From assembly GCF_001194135.2 (NCBI RefSeq), contig NC_069007.1, positions 22,240,902-22,274,799 of the forward strand: a DNA stretch of 33,898 bases, given 5' to 3'. A program made the translations under genes and the position numbers. The notes beneath the pieces were generated by a model. That model had not been told where the DNA came from, did not search any database, and saw only the letters and a list, made by a program, of their open reading frames with translations. This DNA is from Octopus bimaculoides (Eukaryota). Each line of letters opens with the position of its first letter. Within the stretch, counting starts at the first letter, position 1. Shown piece after piece: positions 1 to 10,593 of the stretch.

Positions 1-15
1 ATATATATATATATA

Positions 16-180
16 GGTGCAGGCATGGCTGTGTGGTAAGAAACTTGCTTCCCAACCACGTGCTTCCAAGTTCAGTCCCACTGCTTGGCGTTTTGGACAA
101 GTGCCTTCTACTATAGCTTCGGGTAGATGGAAACTGAAAGAAGCCTATTGTATGTGTGTGTGTGTTTGATCTCCACCATC
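16..180 (+). mobile_element. tRNA-derived Octopus-type SINE family A, head fragment
   Basis: GCAGGCATGGCTGTGTGGTAAGAA..TTGCTTCCCAACCAC..GTTCAGTCCCACTG..GGAAACTGAAAGAAGCC then (GT)n; recurs about 15 times in the window. Confidence 0.85.
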
Positions 181-408
181 ACTTGATCCCCAAGTGCCAA
201 GTAGACCTTGGTTGAGAACCACTTGTCTAAACTAATCAAAAACTTGAATCAGCTGATAGTGTAGGAGTTGTCTCCCTTGCCTTAAATTCTGTAAGTCTCT
301 GATTTGCTTCATGAGTCGTTGCTGATCTCCCGTTTGTAGGCGCAATCAGTTAGAAGACAGCCCGTCAGCGATGGCCATACTCCACTAATGAATAGACAAG
401 CATCATAT

Positions 409-440
<32 letters not shown>

Positions 441-442
<2 letters not shown>

Positions 443-590
443 GCTTGTCTTGTCATCACATGATGGTTGTAAACAAGCATCAGTGTCGTACGAAACCCAC
501 TCGTAAGTCTGGGACTATAGTGGAAGACACTTGCTCCAGCTGGGACTGAACCCAAAACCATGGGGTAGGGTAGTAAACATCTCAACCACT
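441..590 (-). mobile_element. SINE family A fragment
   Basis: Reverse-complement homology to the family A head (GAAGACACTTG, GGGACTGAACCC, AACCATG). Confidence 0.75.
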
Positions 591-687
591 TGAATTGCAT
601 AAGATAAATTTAATCTAATTACTCCACATAAATCTATAATCAACAGAGCCATGGCATAAAACATAAAATAAAAGACCCAGCTCTCAC

Positions 688-824
688 CTCATTAATAACA
701 CACTGACAACTGCATGTAGTATGATGTTGACCAAATGGTAGGACATTGGGTTGAGGGCAGTCAGTGCATAATTCAGCCGAAAGGTCAGCACGCATAATGG
801 TCGGTAAGACTTGTGGCTGTCTTC
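688..824 (-). CDS. TMTC3: TMTC3 (protein O-mannosyltransferase, TMEM/TPR family) coding exon 2
   Basis: Minus-strand translation [45 protein letters not shown](R) matches the TMTC3 motif [19 protein letters not shown]. Acceptor tttatAG at 826-825, donor AG|GTGAGA after 688; 137 nt, phase 0 to 2. Not in the ORF track. Later exons lie left of the window. Confidence 0.95.
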
Positions 825-877
825 CTATAAAGAATAAAGATCAGTCATTCATAAATGTATAGTAAGGGCTTGAGATT

Positions 878-996
878 GATAGAATAAATACTGGGCTTAC
901 AAAAAGTAAGTCCTGGGGTCGATTTCTTCAACTAAAACTTTTAAGGCGGTGTTCCAGCATGGCCGCAGTCAAATGCCTGAAGCAAGTAAAAGAATA
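878..996 (+). mobile_element. SINE family A tail
   Basis: AAGTCCTGGGGTCGATTT..AAGGCGGTGTTCCAGCATGGCCGCAGTCAAATG..GAAGCAAGTAAAAGA, shared with 14400-14490, 20760-20825 and 26810-26910. Confidence 0.85.
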
Positions 997-1085
997 ATTG
1001 TTTGACCTGCCAGAAACAGCAGTCAAATCTTCCTCATATCACATCAGCCATTTGAAAAAAGAGGGCCAGTTTGAAGCTTTCAGAC

Positions 1086-1343
1086 CAGTGGTTAACAAAC
1101 AGGGCCCAGAAGACCCTTGTGCAGTGCAGATAAGATTTTGTTGTTAAAATGTGCCATAAATTGGCTATACTTCTATGACACACTAAATAGTTTTAATAAT
1201 TTTTTTTTATACAATTCCTAATAATATTGAATCATAAAAATAAGGGATTTATTTAAACATTAAATGGCTTGGAGGGTCCACTGGAGTAAAACAGAAATCA
1301 AAGGGGTCTATAAATAAAAAAAAGAAATGGTTGAGAACCCCTG
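1086..1343. mobile_element. hAT-type MITE
   Basis: Imperfect TIRs CAGTGGTTAACAAAC / GGTTGAGAACCCCTG. Internal homology to 8200-8477, 19478-19832 and 22126-22328. Confidence 0.7.
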
Positions 1344-1468
1344 CCTGAGACACACAAAAACGATACATTTTGTCTGGTCACGGGGTAACTAGTTTCGATT
1401 AAAGGTCTGCTCATTCAACACTGACTGAAAACCAAAAAATAACAGGACTACCAGACCTCTTAACTTAC

Positions 1469-1675
1469 CTTATTCATAGGTGTACCCCAGAAATCATTCC
1501 AAAAGAGATTTGACAGTGGTACATGGGGTCGAAGGTCCTGGTTGTCAATTATGGCTGACAGATCATCAAAAACAAAGCCGCATTGGAGAGAGTTGATGTA
1601 ACAAACAAAAATAATAACTACGAGTATTACACTGTATCTGCTGAAGTCCAAGTTGATAGCCGGAGACGCTGCCAT
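1469..1675 (-). CDS. TMTC3: TMTC3 coding exon 1 (ATG at 1675)
   Basis: [69 protein letters not shown] matches the TMTC3 N-terminus (CYxNSLxCGFVFDDxSAIxDNxDL...NDFWGTPM). Donor AAG|GTAAGT; 207 nt = 69 codons. Probable acceptor tcatccAG at 1738-1737 implies an upstream non-coding exon. Confidence 0.95.
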
Positions 1676-1827
1676 GTTTGTTGGTGCTGGGTTATTTGAA
1701 GAGTGACATAATGGAGGAGAAACCGTTTTGGTACACCTGGATGACACAACCAATAGATCAGAGTCATTGTTGATAAACACAGCAGGAAAATATAGTGATG
1801 GGGAGGTGGTGGTGAAATGTGTGATAG

Positions 1828-2201
1828 TTAACCCTTTAGCATTTAAATCAGCCGTATCTGGCCCAAATACTCTCCCTGTTTTATGTTCAAACTGGCCTCT
1901 CACACCTACCCTAGAATGTCAAATGTCCGAAACTATATTATCACATCACTGAAAGCGCAAACCTATGAGATAAGGCAGAATTAATGTGAATAAATAAGCA
2001 TTACATTTGACAGAGTAATCTGAATGCTAAAAAGTTAAACTGGCCAGATCTGGCCTCTCACACCTTCTCTACAATGTCAATCTAAAAATAAACAATCACA
2101 TCATTGAAATATTGAAGCTATGAGATAATATATAATTAATTCAAAATGTGAAAAAAATAAACATTATATTTGATAAAGTAATCTGAATTCTAAAGGGTCA
2201 A
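1828..2201. mobile_element. piggyBac-type MITE, one full copy plus a tandem 5'-truncated copy
   Basis: TTAA-CCCTTTAGCATT (1828-) ... GAATGCTAAAAAG-TTAA (-2038). A second copy of the last ~160 nt ends GAATTCTAAAGGG-TCAA (2201). TTAA target site and CCCT terminus are piggyBac hallmarks. Confidence 0.75.
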
Positions 2202-2867
2202 ATTAGTTAATTGTATATTGGTGGGGGTCTTAACCCATTGCTTATCCCATAACTCCCACCCGACAGACTTGAATAACGAAAGGACACACTAGACAATGTA
2301 TACATACATACACATCCCTAAAAGACAGGATGATCATGTCTGGAATGCCTTTAATCAGAGGTCACTTCCATAAAGGTTGAACCTAGGGTTAACAACGTCA
2401 ACAATTATTTACGTTTGTCGTAATTTGAATTTAACATACGAGAGCGTCTCATAAAACGAGATTTATATATCTTAATTTGCAGAGGAATTTTAATCGGTAA
2501 AAGCATTGTGACATGTAATCACGGGATGTGAGTTCGAGTCCACAGCTAGCCACCTACACTTTTCTCTGCAAAATAGGGATAGTTTATCCTGTTCAGGCTA
2601 TATTATTAGCATTATTCTGCGATTGAGAATTTAGAATCACTTCTTTAAATTTCTTCTAGAATTTAGACAACTTTTCGAATAACGTGAGGTGTTTTCTTTC
2701 ATTTCGATTGATGTTTTCTTTTATTTCGCGAGAAAAAAAAAGAAAACAATATAACTGCAAAGTTATTAACATTCCGAGGAATAATTACTTATCGATGTCA
2801 ATGTACCCAAAACTGTCATGGGAAAGGGAAGGGTCAATGAACGTGAGGGGGGGGGAGGTAAGTCTGA

Positions 2868-3260
2868 NNNNNNNNNNNNNNNNNNNNNNNNNNNNNNNNN
2901 NNNNNNNNNNNNNNNNNNNNNNNNNNNNNNNNNNNNNNNNNNNNNNNNNNNNNNNNNNNNNNNNNNNNNNNNNNNNNNNNNNNNNNNNNNNNNNNNNNNN
3001 NNNNNNNNNNNNNNNNNNNNNNNNNNNNNNNNNNNNNNNNNNNNNNNNNNNNNNNNNNNNNNNNNNNNNNNNNNNNNNNNNNNNNNNNNNNNNNNNNNNN
3101 NNNNNNNNNNNNNNNNNNNNNNNNNNNNNNNNNNNNNNNNNNNNNNNNNNNNNNNNNNNNNNNNNNNNNNNNNNNNNNNNNNNNNNNNNNNNNNNNNNNN
3201 NNNNNNNNNNNNNNNNNNNNNNNNNNNNNNNNNNNNNNNNNNNNNNNNNNNNNNNNNNNN
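2868..3260. other. Assembly gap (N run)
   Basis: 393 N. Confidence 1.
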
Positions 3261-3853
3261 GGGTGGTCACAGTTAGAATGCCTTTCATCATAGGTCACTT
3301 GGATCAACAATATTTCTAGAATTTGGACAACTTTTCGAATAACGTAAATTGTTTTCTTTCATTCCGATTGTTTTGATTTCGTAAGAAAAAAAAAAGAAAA
3401 CAATATAACTGCAAAGTTATTAACATTCCGAGGAATAATTACTTATCGATGTCAATGTACCCAAAACTGTCATGGGAAAGGGAAGGGTCAATGAACGTGA
3501 GGGGGGGGGAGGTAAGTCTGACAACCGGTACCCCGAAGGTATCAATTAAAGGGTACGATCAGCGGCACCCCGGCTAAAAATGACGAGATTAGTGTGTTAT
3601 CTCTAAATCATTAGAAAGCTATGGCTTGACAGAAAGGGGTGGTGTTAAACGGGGCAGGAATCTATGGAATGTCAAACGATAACAGACAACAAAAATAAAC
3701 AAAAGCGGAGAGATAAATCCAACTTACACTTTCAAACTTCCATATTGACCAAGTTCACTACGGAGCTGTTCAATTTATTCAACACCGTATTTTTACTTCA
3801 GAACTGCCTCTCTTGTTTCTTCTTTAAATATATCAAGTTTTGTTCATTTACGG

Positions 3854-4062
3854 AGGGCGCCGAACTGGCAGAATTGTTAGCGCACTGCACCAATGCTCTG
3901 CATCATTTCTTCCGGCTTTACGTTCTGAGTTGAAATCCTGCTGAGGTCAACTTTGCCTTTTATTCTTTCGGGTTCGATGAAATAAGTACCAGTTATGCAC
4001 TGAGATCAATCGACTTCCCCCTTAAAATTTCTGGCCTGGTGCCTATAGTAGAAAGAATTATT
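3854..4062 (+). mobile_element. SINE family B
   Basis: GAACTGGCAGAATTGTTAGC..GTTCTGAGTTGAAATCC..GAGGTCAACTTTGCCTTT..AATAAGTACCAG..GCCTATAGTAGAAAG+(ATT)n; homologous to 5170, 7035, 20865 and 29552. Confidence 0.85.
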
Positions 4063-4811
4063 TATTGTTTATTTAGTTTTTTACTTTAGAGTTTTCCTAA
4101 ATGTTAGTTTCGTATCTCCTAATGCCAGCCGATCTTGATAAAATTAAGTTAAAACTTCATTTTCTGTTTAATAATTCTCAAACTGAATTCACAACGATAC
4201 TGCTTGACAGGTTTTTTTCTTATTTATTTGCGTTTCTATTTCTTGAAAATAAAGTAAAATAAAAACCGGCTTGACAAGTTGCTTCTGCAAATACTTGAAA
4301 GCGAGTATTTGTCCAAGACAAAAAGAAAAATGATCTGTCGCTTTTTCTTCTAACTTTTTTCTCAATTTATAAAGTAGCAATAGTTCAAGCTTCCAGGTCA
4401 CTTGTCAAACATACACGCATCTCCTCCCTCCTCTATCTACACACACACGTAAAGGGAGTAAGAATTTTATGCTCATAATGAAAACAAATGACATAACTCG
4501 TGAGAAATTTGCAAGCAATTCTAAGTAAATACATAAATCAGTTTAATCATGGTAGCATCAGCAATTGTCTTAACCGTTCGTCTCCACCTGAATGCATCAA
4601 TTTTTTTTTAAACGTGAAGTAGTGAAAAAAAAAGAAGTTAGCGATGTAGAAGGGATAGGCAGATGAAAGACAAAAAGTTGACTCTATAACTTACAGTCTT
4701 CATTAATTTATGAATGCTTTAATTAAAAAAAAAAAGAAAAAGGAAAAAGTGAGAGAAATATGAAGTTGGAGGAAATTGGTTTCCTCAAGAGTATATAATA
4801 GAAGGAACCTT

Positions 4812-5125
4812 GGGCAATTGCCTTCTACCACAGACCTGGACCAACCAAGAATTTGTGAGTGAATTAGGTAGACGAAACTGTGCGGAAGCCCGTGTGTGTG
4901 TGTGTGTCCCCAACTATCGCTTGACAACTGGTTTTAGTTTATTTACATCCTCGTAACACGGCGGTTCAGCAAAAGAGCCCGAAAGAATAAGTACCAAACT
5001 TCAAAAAAAAGTATAGGGGTCGATTATTTCAACTATAACCCGGCGATCTTACGTTGATCGCCAACCCTTCAATGTGGTGCCCCAGCTTGGCCACAGTCTA
5101 ATGACTGGAACAAATAATAAATAAG
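4812..5125 (+). mobile_element. SINE family A (body and tail)
   Basis: TGTGAGTGAATTAGGTAGACGAAACTG, (GT)n, CTTGACAACTGG, AATAAGTACC, GGCCACAGTCTAATGACTG. Confidence 0.8.
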
Positions 5126-5169
5126 CAATAAAAAATAGTCATAACAGTTCATACACACGCAGATACATA

Positions 5170-5366
5170 TAATGACCCTTTCTGCTACCGGCACCAGGCC
5201 TGCAATTTGAGGGGAGCGGGTTACATGGTGCTCGTTTTGTGGACCCCGAAAGGATGAAAGATAAAGTCGACCTCGGCAGGATTTGAACTCAGAACGTAGA
5301 GACGGACGAGATGCAGCTAAGCAGTTTGCCCGGCGTTGCAAACGATTCTGCCAGCTGTGTCGCCTT
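5170..5366 (-). mobile_element. SINE family B
   Basis: Reverse complement of family B (AAAGTCGACCTCGGCAGGATTTGAACTCAGAACGTA..CGATTCTGCCAGCT). Confidence 0.85.
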
Positions 5367-5804
5367 ACCATAATAATACACACACACAGGCACGCGCACT
5401 CTTGCAAGACATACAACAGAACACAGACTCGAGGCCGTAAGACAAAAACACAATGGAGCGCCGGCGTTAGAAGTTTATAATTCCCTAACAACTGTAACCA
5501 TGGTGAACGGCGGCAGGCTGACTGCTTTGCCAACCAAGCACACGGTTGAATATTTTTATTTTTGACAGAAGCCAATGTCCACAGCAATGACAGGTAAATT
5601 GTGGAGAGATGCTTTGATGGTGTGTGTGTGTGTGTGTGAGAGATCGTTTTGAGTTTTATGAAAGCATGTAAAAATATATACGTACATAAACATATATACA
5701 CGGACACATCTACACACACACATGCTATTACTCAAAGTCATAATTAGGTCCGTCTTCGATCGTTGACTGGTTTAATTGAACAAAACGATTTCGCCCCTTT
5801 TTTT

Positions 5805-6078
5805 TTTAAATGTCTGATTACTTATTTTATCGGTGTCTTTCACCAAATCGCTAAGTTACAGAGATGTAAGCAAACTAACAGTAGTTGTCAAACAGCGGGG
5901 AGAGGAGGGGTGACAAACACATGCACATAACATGGGCTTCCACATAGTTTCCATTTACCAAATTCCTTCACAATTCATTGGTCAACCCATGGCTCTAGTA
6001 CAAGGTGCTGTACAGTGGGAATGAACCTGGAATCACATGGTTGCAAAGTGAGCTTAACCACACAGCCACACCTGCACT
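5805..6078 (-). mobile_element. SINE family A
   Basis: Reverse-complement homology (TACTTATTTT, CGCTAAGTTAC, GGGAATGAACCTGGAATCACATGG, CACAGCCACACCTGC). Confidence 0.8.
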
Positions 6079-6099
6079 TAGATGTCTAAGGTAAAGTAA

Positions 6100-6448
6100 A
6101 GACCCCCCCCCCCCTTCGCTCATGAGTGACCATGGGATTGCACCTAGAAAGTTCCCTTCCAAGGCACAAGTCTTGGCAAGGTTGTTTATGAAAGATCAGC
6201 AGTTGCTCGTACATACCAGCCTCCTCCCCTCTCCACGCCACTGATGTTATCCAAGAGAAAGGCAAAGGGGTCGACACAGCCTGGCACCAGTGACGTCGCA
6301 ACTCATTTCTACAGCTGAGGGAATTGGAGCAACATGAAATAAAGTGTCTTGCTCAAGAACACAACACACAGCCTAGTCTAGGAATCGAACTCACTACCAC
6401 GTGATTGTGAGCCCGACCCTCTAACCACTGAGCCATACACCTTCACAT
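6100..6448 (-). mobile_element. SINE family C, near full length
   Basis: tRNA-like head on the minus strand (GTGAAGGTGTATGGCTCAGTGGTTAGAG..GAGTTCGATTCC), body GAGCAAGACACTTTATTTC..GAAATGAGTTGCGACGTCACTGG, tail CAATCCCATGGTCA. Confidence 0.85.
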
Positions 6449-6815
6449 TCAAAATATAAACAATAATTAACCATAAAATAAAATTTTAGTTTTTCAAATG
6501 AAACAAAACTAAACAAGAAGATGGAAAATAATGTTTATTTTTGTTTACTTTCACTTATTTTGGAAAAGTTTTCTCTTACTATATTTAATTACAAAGTCTT
6601 TGATCAGATCCTCACTATGACAGCACAAAACACTTCAAAACTATTTCTGATCATATAAACCACTTTGAATATTATTTTACAAAGTTTAAAAGTGATTTCT
6701 TTTGTGCCGTAAACCATTTACCATTTCTGTGGTACCTCACTTCCCTTGATGCCCTGAGAACATCCTTGTTTTGCTTAATGATTAATCCAGCGATTCCTTG
6801 TCTTGCAGTATTGAG

Positions 6816-6965
6816 ATGAACAGTGAGGAATGTTATCGAAGAACATGCAACGAAGTTGTCAATAGCAACCAGCTTCTATCACTCTCGGCCAAAATCTATA
6901 TCTTAAGAACATTTGGACCTCTTGCATTTCTCTTGAAGGAAGATGGCGAAGAGAAGAATTTCAAG
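6816..6965 (+). CDS. ZSWIM2: ZSWIM2 coding exon 1
   Basis: MNSEECYRRTCNEVVNSNQLLSLSAKIYILRTFGPLAFLLKEDGEEKNFK resembles ZSWIM2 SSSIYLLREMGPTGFLLREEE..DFR. Donor AAG|GTAAGC. Acceptor-like tcttgcAG at 6807-6808, 7 nt before the ATG. Confidence 0.88.
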
Positions 6966-7034
6966 GTAAGCTAGTAACACATACCAATCACCCAAGTTAT
7001 TATTATTATCATCATTATTATTATTAATGTTACT

Positions 7035-7262
7035 AAGGCAGTAAGCTGACAGAATTGTTAGCATGCTGGGCGAAATACTCAGTAATATTTTGACAACTGC
7101 TATGTTCTGAGTTCAAATTCTGCCAAGCTTGACTTTGCTTTTCATCCTTTTGGGGTGGATAAATTAAGTACCAGTGAAACACTGAGGCCGATGTAATCAA
7201 CTAGTCCCCTCCCCACAGATTTCAGGCCTTGTGCCTTGAGTAGAAAGGATTATTATTATTAT
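7035..7262 (+). mobile_element. SINE family B (ZSWIM2 intron 1)
   Basis: AGCTGACAGAATTGTTAGC..GTTCTGAGTTCAAATTC..AGTAGAAAGGATTATTATT. Confidence 0.85.
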
Positions 7263-7369
7263 CATTTCAGACATCACACAGTATCCAATATTGTGATGTT
7301 GTTGATTGAAGATATTGTGTGTACCAGGGGGTTTGTACTTTCTGTCAAGTCACAACAAGGACCTCAAAC

Positions 7370-7675
7370 ACAACAGTACTTTACGCAATATGCCTGCAGT
7401 TCCAAGTAATGCTGATATTTGCAATACACCTAGATTGCAGGGTATTTCTAAAGTTTCCAGATGTTTCTTCAGCTTGGGTGGTATTGAACCCAATGCTCCG
7501 ATGACAACAGGGACAAACTTTACGTTTGACTCTCACAGCTGCCACATCTTAGCCATCTCAATTCTCACATCTCCATATTTATCAATCTTTTCTCATTCTT
7601 TCATGATATGTCAATCTCCTGCCACTGCCGCATCAATTATTAGACACTCTTGTTTATCCCTCCTTTTCTGCTTCC
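7370..7675 (-). mobile_element. 3' fragment of a restriction-like-endonuclease non-LTR retrotransposon (R4/Dong, CRE/NeSL-type), decayed
   Basis: Minus-strand translation with stops: CLIIDAAVAGD*HIMKE*EKIDKYGDVRIEMAKMWQL*ESNVKFVPVVIGALGSIPPKLKKHLETL...ISALLGTAGILRKVL, a typical REL C-terminus. Confidence 0.85.
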
Positions 7676-7977
7676 CTGTGGAAGGGACACACTCTACTGG
7701 TCAGGCAGTCCATTGATTGCCAGGACCCTTGGGAATCGGGCTTAGCATGCAACGGCTGAAGATGTACAAATAACTGCCAAAGCATTGCCATCTGCAGGCT
7801 TTTCTGGACACCGAGCAGCTATGGACTCTGTTTGTGAGACAAAAGTGATCAACAAAATTTTTACCAATTCCCATCAGGACTGACATCTGCTGATAGTGTC
7901 AAACTCTTTGAGAAATGTATGAATGCCATAATGTGTCATTGTCATTGTAATATATTTAACTTCTGTGAATTTGTCAG

Positions 7978-8095
7978 ACGTACCTGGGCCGGAAGCACAG
8001 CTGTTCTTGTAGTATATTCTTGAAAACCAAAGAACTCTGCAAACATATCTGCTGGATCCTGCTGAAGAAGTTCCGCCTCACCATGAAAGATCCAT
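7978..8095 (+). CDS. ZSWIM2: ZSWIM2 exon 2 (SWIM zinc finger)
   Basis: TYLGRKHSCSCSIFLKTKELCKHICWILLKKFRLTMKDP contains the SWIM CxC-xn-CxH. tgtcAG acceptor, T|GTAAAT donor, phase 0 to 1. Confidence 0.95.
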
Positions 8096-8199
8096 GTAAA
8101 TATAATCTGTTGTTAATTTATACACACATGTGCATACATACACTGTGTGTGTATATGTGTGTGTGTGTGTGCATCTATCTACACATACATACACACACA

Positions 8200-8477
8200 C
8201 ATGCATCTTCATCCCATGTCTCCCTGGGTTTCCCTTGGGAAGTTCATGGAAAATTTTTTACTTTAGATGTAATTATTGCAAGAAACATCTCAGTTTCTTT
8301 CTCTAACATTTGACATAAGTTCAACCTCCACAAGTGAATGAGTGAAAAACAAAATAGGAATTTTGGAAGAAGTTTCTTTAAAACCAAGTTTTAAACATCG
8401 AATGGCTTTGTGTGGGTCCACCAGAATAAAATAGTAATCAAAGGGGTCCATAGATAAGAAATGGTTGGAAACCAGTG
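8200..8477. mobile_element. hAT-type MITE (partial)
   Basis: Homology to 1086-1343 and 19630-19832 (AAAATAGTAATCAAAGGGGTCC..ATGGTTG). End is followed by ATCTAGAT, matching the NTCTAGAN hAT/Charlie target consensus. Confidence 0.65.
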
Positions 8478-8524
8478 ATCTAGATGTCCAAATTCATTTC
8501 TTATTTCAACATTTTTGGTTGCAG

Positions 8525-8759
8525 TGAGTTGGCAGAAAGGACTATCAGAAAGAGAAATTGATGACTTACTCGCCAAATCGACAAACAATGCAGCTGCCAA
8601 CAAGACACAGACGAATGCAGAGCAGTCGGCAGAATCAGTGCCTCCACCAGATGGCGCTGAACTCAACACTGTCCCCCAGAGAGAAATTGATGAAGATTCT
8701 GTTTGTCCAATATGTTTGGATAATTTACTCAAGTCTCACCTGCCTGTCACATACTGCAG
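8525..8759 (+). CDS. ZSWIM2: ZSWIM2 exon 3 (start of RING1)
   Basis: LSWQKGLSEREIDDLL...QREIDEDSVCPICLDNLLKSHLPVTYCR. gttgcAG acceptor, AG|GTAAGT donor, phase 1 to 2. Confidence 0.95.
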
Positions 8760-8761
8760 GT

Positions 8762-8764
<3 letters not shown>

Positions 8765-8806
<42 letters not shown>

Positions 8807-8822
8807 CAGCAGTAGTAGTAGC
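8765..8822. repeat. (TAG)n microsatellite directly after the ZSWIM2 exon 3 donor
   Basis: GTAA-GTAGTAGTAG... read directly. Confidence 0.95.
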
Positions 8823-9004
8823 ATTTGTTGTTTATCCTCTTCAGGTCAAATATAATTGAACAGATGAAAAGAAGGTCTTCCAGATATGACCACCCAACCT
8901 TTTTATCAGGAACTACATGATAGAAAGTGTCTTTCTTTTCTGAGATGGTGAAAGTGTGATTTGAGAGAGATTTGAACTCACATAGCCAATCATTGGTTGT
9001 TTTA

Positions 9005-9250
9005 TCTTTTATCTTCTATCTTTTACCAGTTTCAGTCATTAGACTGTGGCCATGCTGGGGCACCACTTTGAATTTTTAGTTGAATGACTCAACCTCAGTA
9101 ATTTTTTTGTTTTTTAAGCCTGATACTTATTCCGTTGGTCTTTTGCCAAACTGTTAAGTTACGGGGATGTAAACATACCTACACAGGTTGTCAGTTGGTG
9201 GTGGTGGACAAACAGACATGCACATGCACACACACACACACACACACATA
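9005..9250 (-). mobile_element. SINE family A tail
   Basis: TTTCAGTCATTAGACTGTGGCCATGCTGGG..AAGTTACGGGGATGTAAAC..GACAAACAGAC+(CA)n. Confidence 0.85.
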
Positions 9251-9670
9251 TATGTGATTCAGAAAGAAGGCTTTTATGTGCTTGGTTGACCTATTAGATA
9301 TAATAGCCAAATTTGCTTTTACAGCTGTGTTGCCTGCCTGTCATAGGATCCCACAATGATAAAAACACACAACAATATAGCAAGGTCAACACTCCACCTC
9401 CTAGGCTCTAACAAAGGATGTAACTAGAAGGGTGACTAATGGACCATGACTGCTTCAGCCTGCGCTACTATTACTGTGTGCCCTCGCAACTAAAGCGACT
9501 CCAGAATAGCAGTGATGTATTGTTTGCAGATGTCTATATATAGATATATGTATATATATGTATGTATGTGTGATACTCCAGGTGCCACAATATGAAGTCT
9601 GCCATCTGGTTGCAGTTTTGGGAAACCTGAATAATAATTTGTGTTTAGAAAAAAAAAAAGGAAAAAACAA

Positions 9671-9830
9671 ACAGGTGTGGTTGTGTGGTAAGAAGCTTGC
9701 TTCCTAAGCTCATTGTTCCAGGTTCAGTCCCATTGCGTGGCACCTTGGGCAAGTGTCTTCTATCATAGCCTCAGGCCAACCAAAGCCTTGTGAGTGAACT
9801 TGGTTGATGGAAACTGAAAGAAGCCCGTCC
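9671..9830 (+). mobile_element. SINE family A head
   Basis: GTGTGGTAAGAAGCTTGCTTCC..GGTTCAGTCCCATTGCGTGGCACCTTGGGCAAGTGTC..GGAAACTGAAAGAAGCCCG. Confidence 0.9.
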
Positions 9831-10344
9831 TATAAATATATGCATATGTTTGTGTATCTTTGTGTCTCATTAAAATAATGACTATTCCACAAAATATCTT
9901 CTCAGTTTGTGTAGAGAAAAGCATCAAATTAAAAGACAGAGCTTCGTTTTTATAGAAGATCCATAATAAATAACAGATGCAAAAAGTGACAAATACACAA
10001 CACAGAGTAAAAAGTATTAAATATAACCGTAAACAGATATGGACGTATAAATGGCCTCACTTGAACTACAATAGGCTTGTCCCACAGAGAACGTTTCCAG
10101 TTACTTTTGGGTACCCTTTCATATTTATATATATCGAGCCTAATCATATTAATCTGCACCACTATCTCTTCCTCTCTCTCTCTCTTTCTATGTGTTTATG
10201 TGTCTGTGTGTGTGTGGTTTGTGTGAGATCTTAAGTGTGTGTGTGTGTGTGGTTTGTGTGTGTCTACATGCTTGTATATGTGTCTACGTGTCTTTATACA
10301 TACACACCATAAATACAGATACATTTTCCTTCTTCTTCTTCCAG

Positions 10345-10593
10345 ATATGGTTGTGGTAACAACATCCACATAAAATGTATGAAAATCCATGCTGAGCACC
10401 AGACAACATCCGACTCTGAGGGGAAAGACACTGTGATGTGTCCCATGTGCCGTGGGGTTTTTGTTAGCCTTGAGAAACTCAAGCTAGAGGAACGCAACTC
10501 AATGAGTGGCGTTGCCTTCCCCGTGAAACACTACCATTATGGGTTAGAGTGCTCAACCTGCCATCTGAAGCCAATTATTGGAAACTGCTACAA
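10345..10593 (+). CDS. ZSWIM2: ZSWIM2 exon 4 (RING1 end, ZZ start)
   Basis: YGCGNNIHIKCMKIHAEHQ...VMCPMCR...HYGLECSTCHLKPIIGNCYK. (CTT)n-ccAG acceptor, AA|GTAATT donor, phase 2 to 2. Confidence 0.95.

Noticed and set aside
175-410. A third TMTC3 exon in the left end
   Set aside because: No frame gives the expected LLFAVHPIHTEAV motif; the segment contains MITE and SINE pieces.
1676-1903. N-terminal extension of TMTC3 in the ORF track
   Set aside because: Homology starts at the Met at 1675; the upstream part crosses an acceptor and a piggyBac MITE.
2490-2550. Functional tRNA-Thr(UGU) genes at 2490-2550 and 17960-18005
   Set aside because: No acceptor stem, A instead of U33, and a missing or poor D-arm. 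Kept only as tRNA-like cassettes.
2684-3319. Long ORFs at 2684-3319, 13365-13748 and 29798-30577
   Set aside because: They are open only because they run through N gaps and microsatellites.
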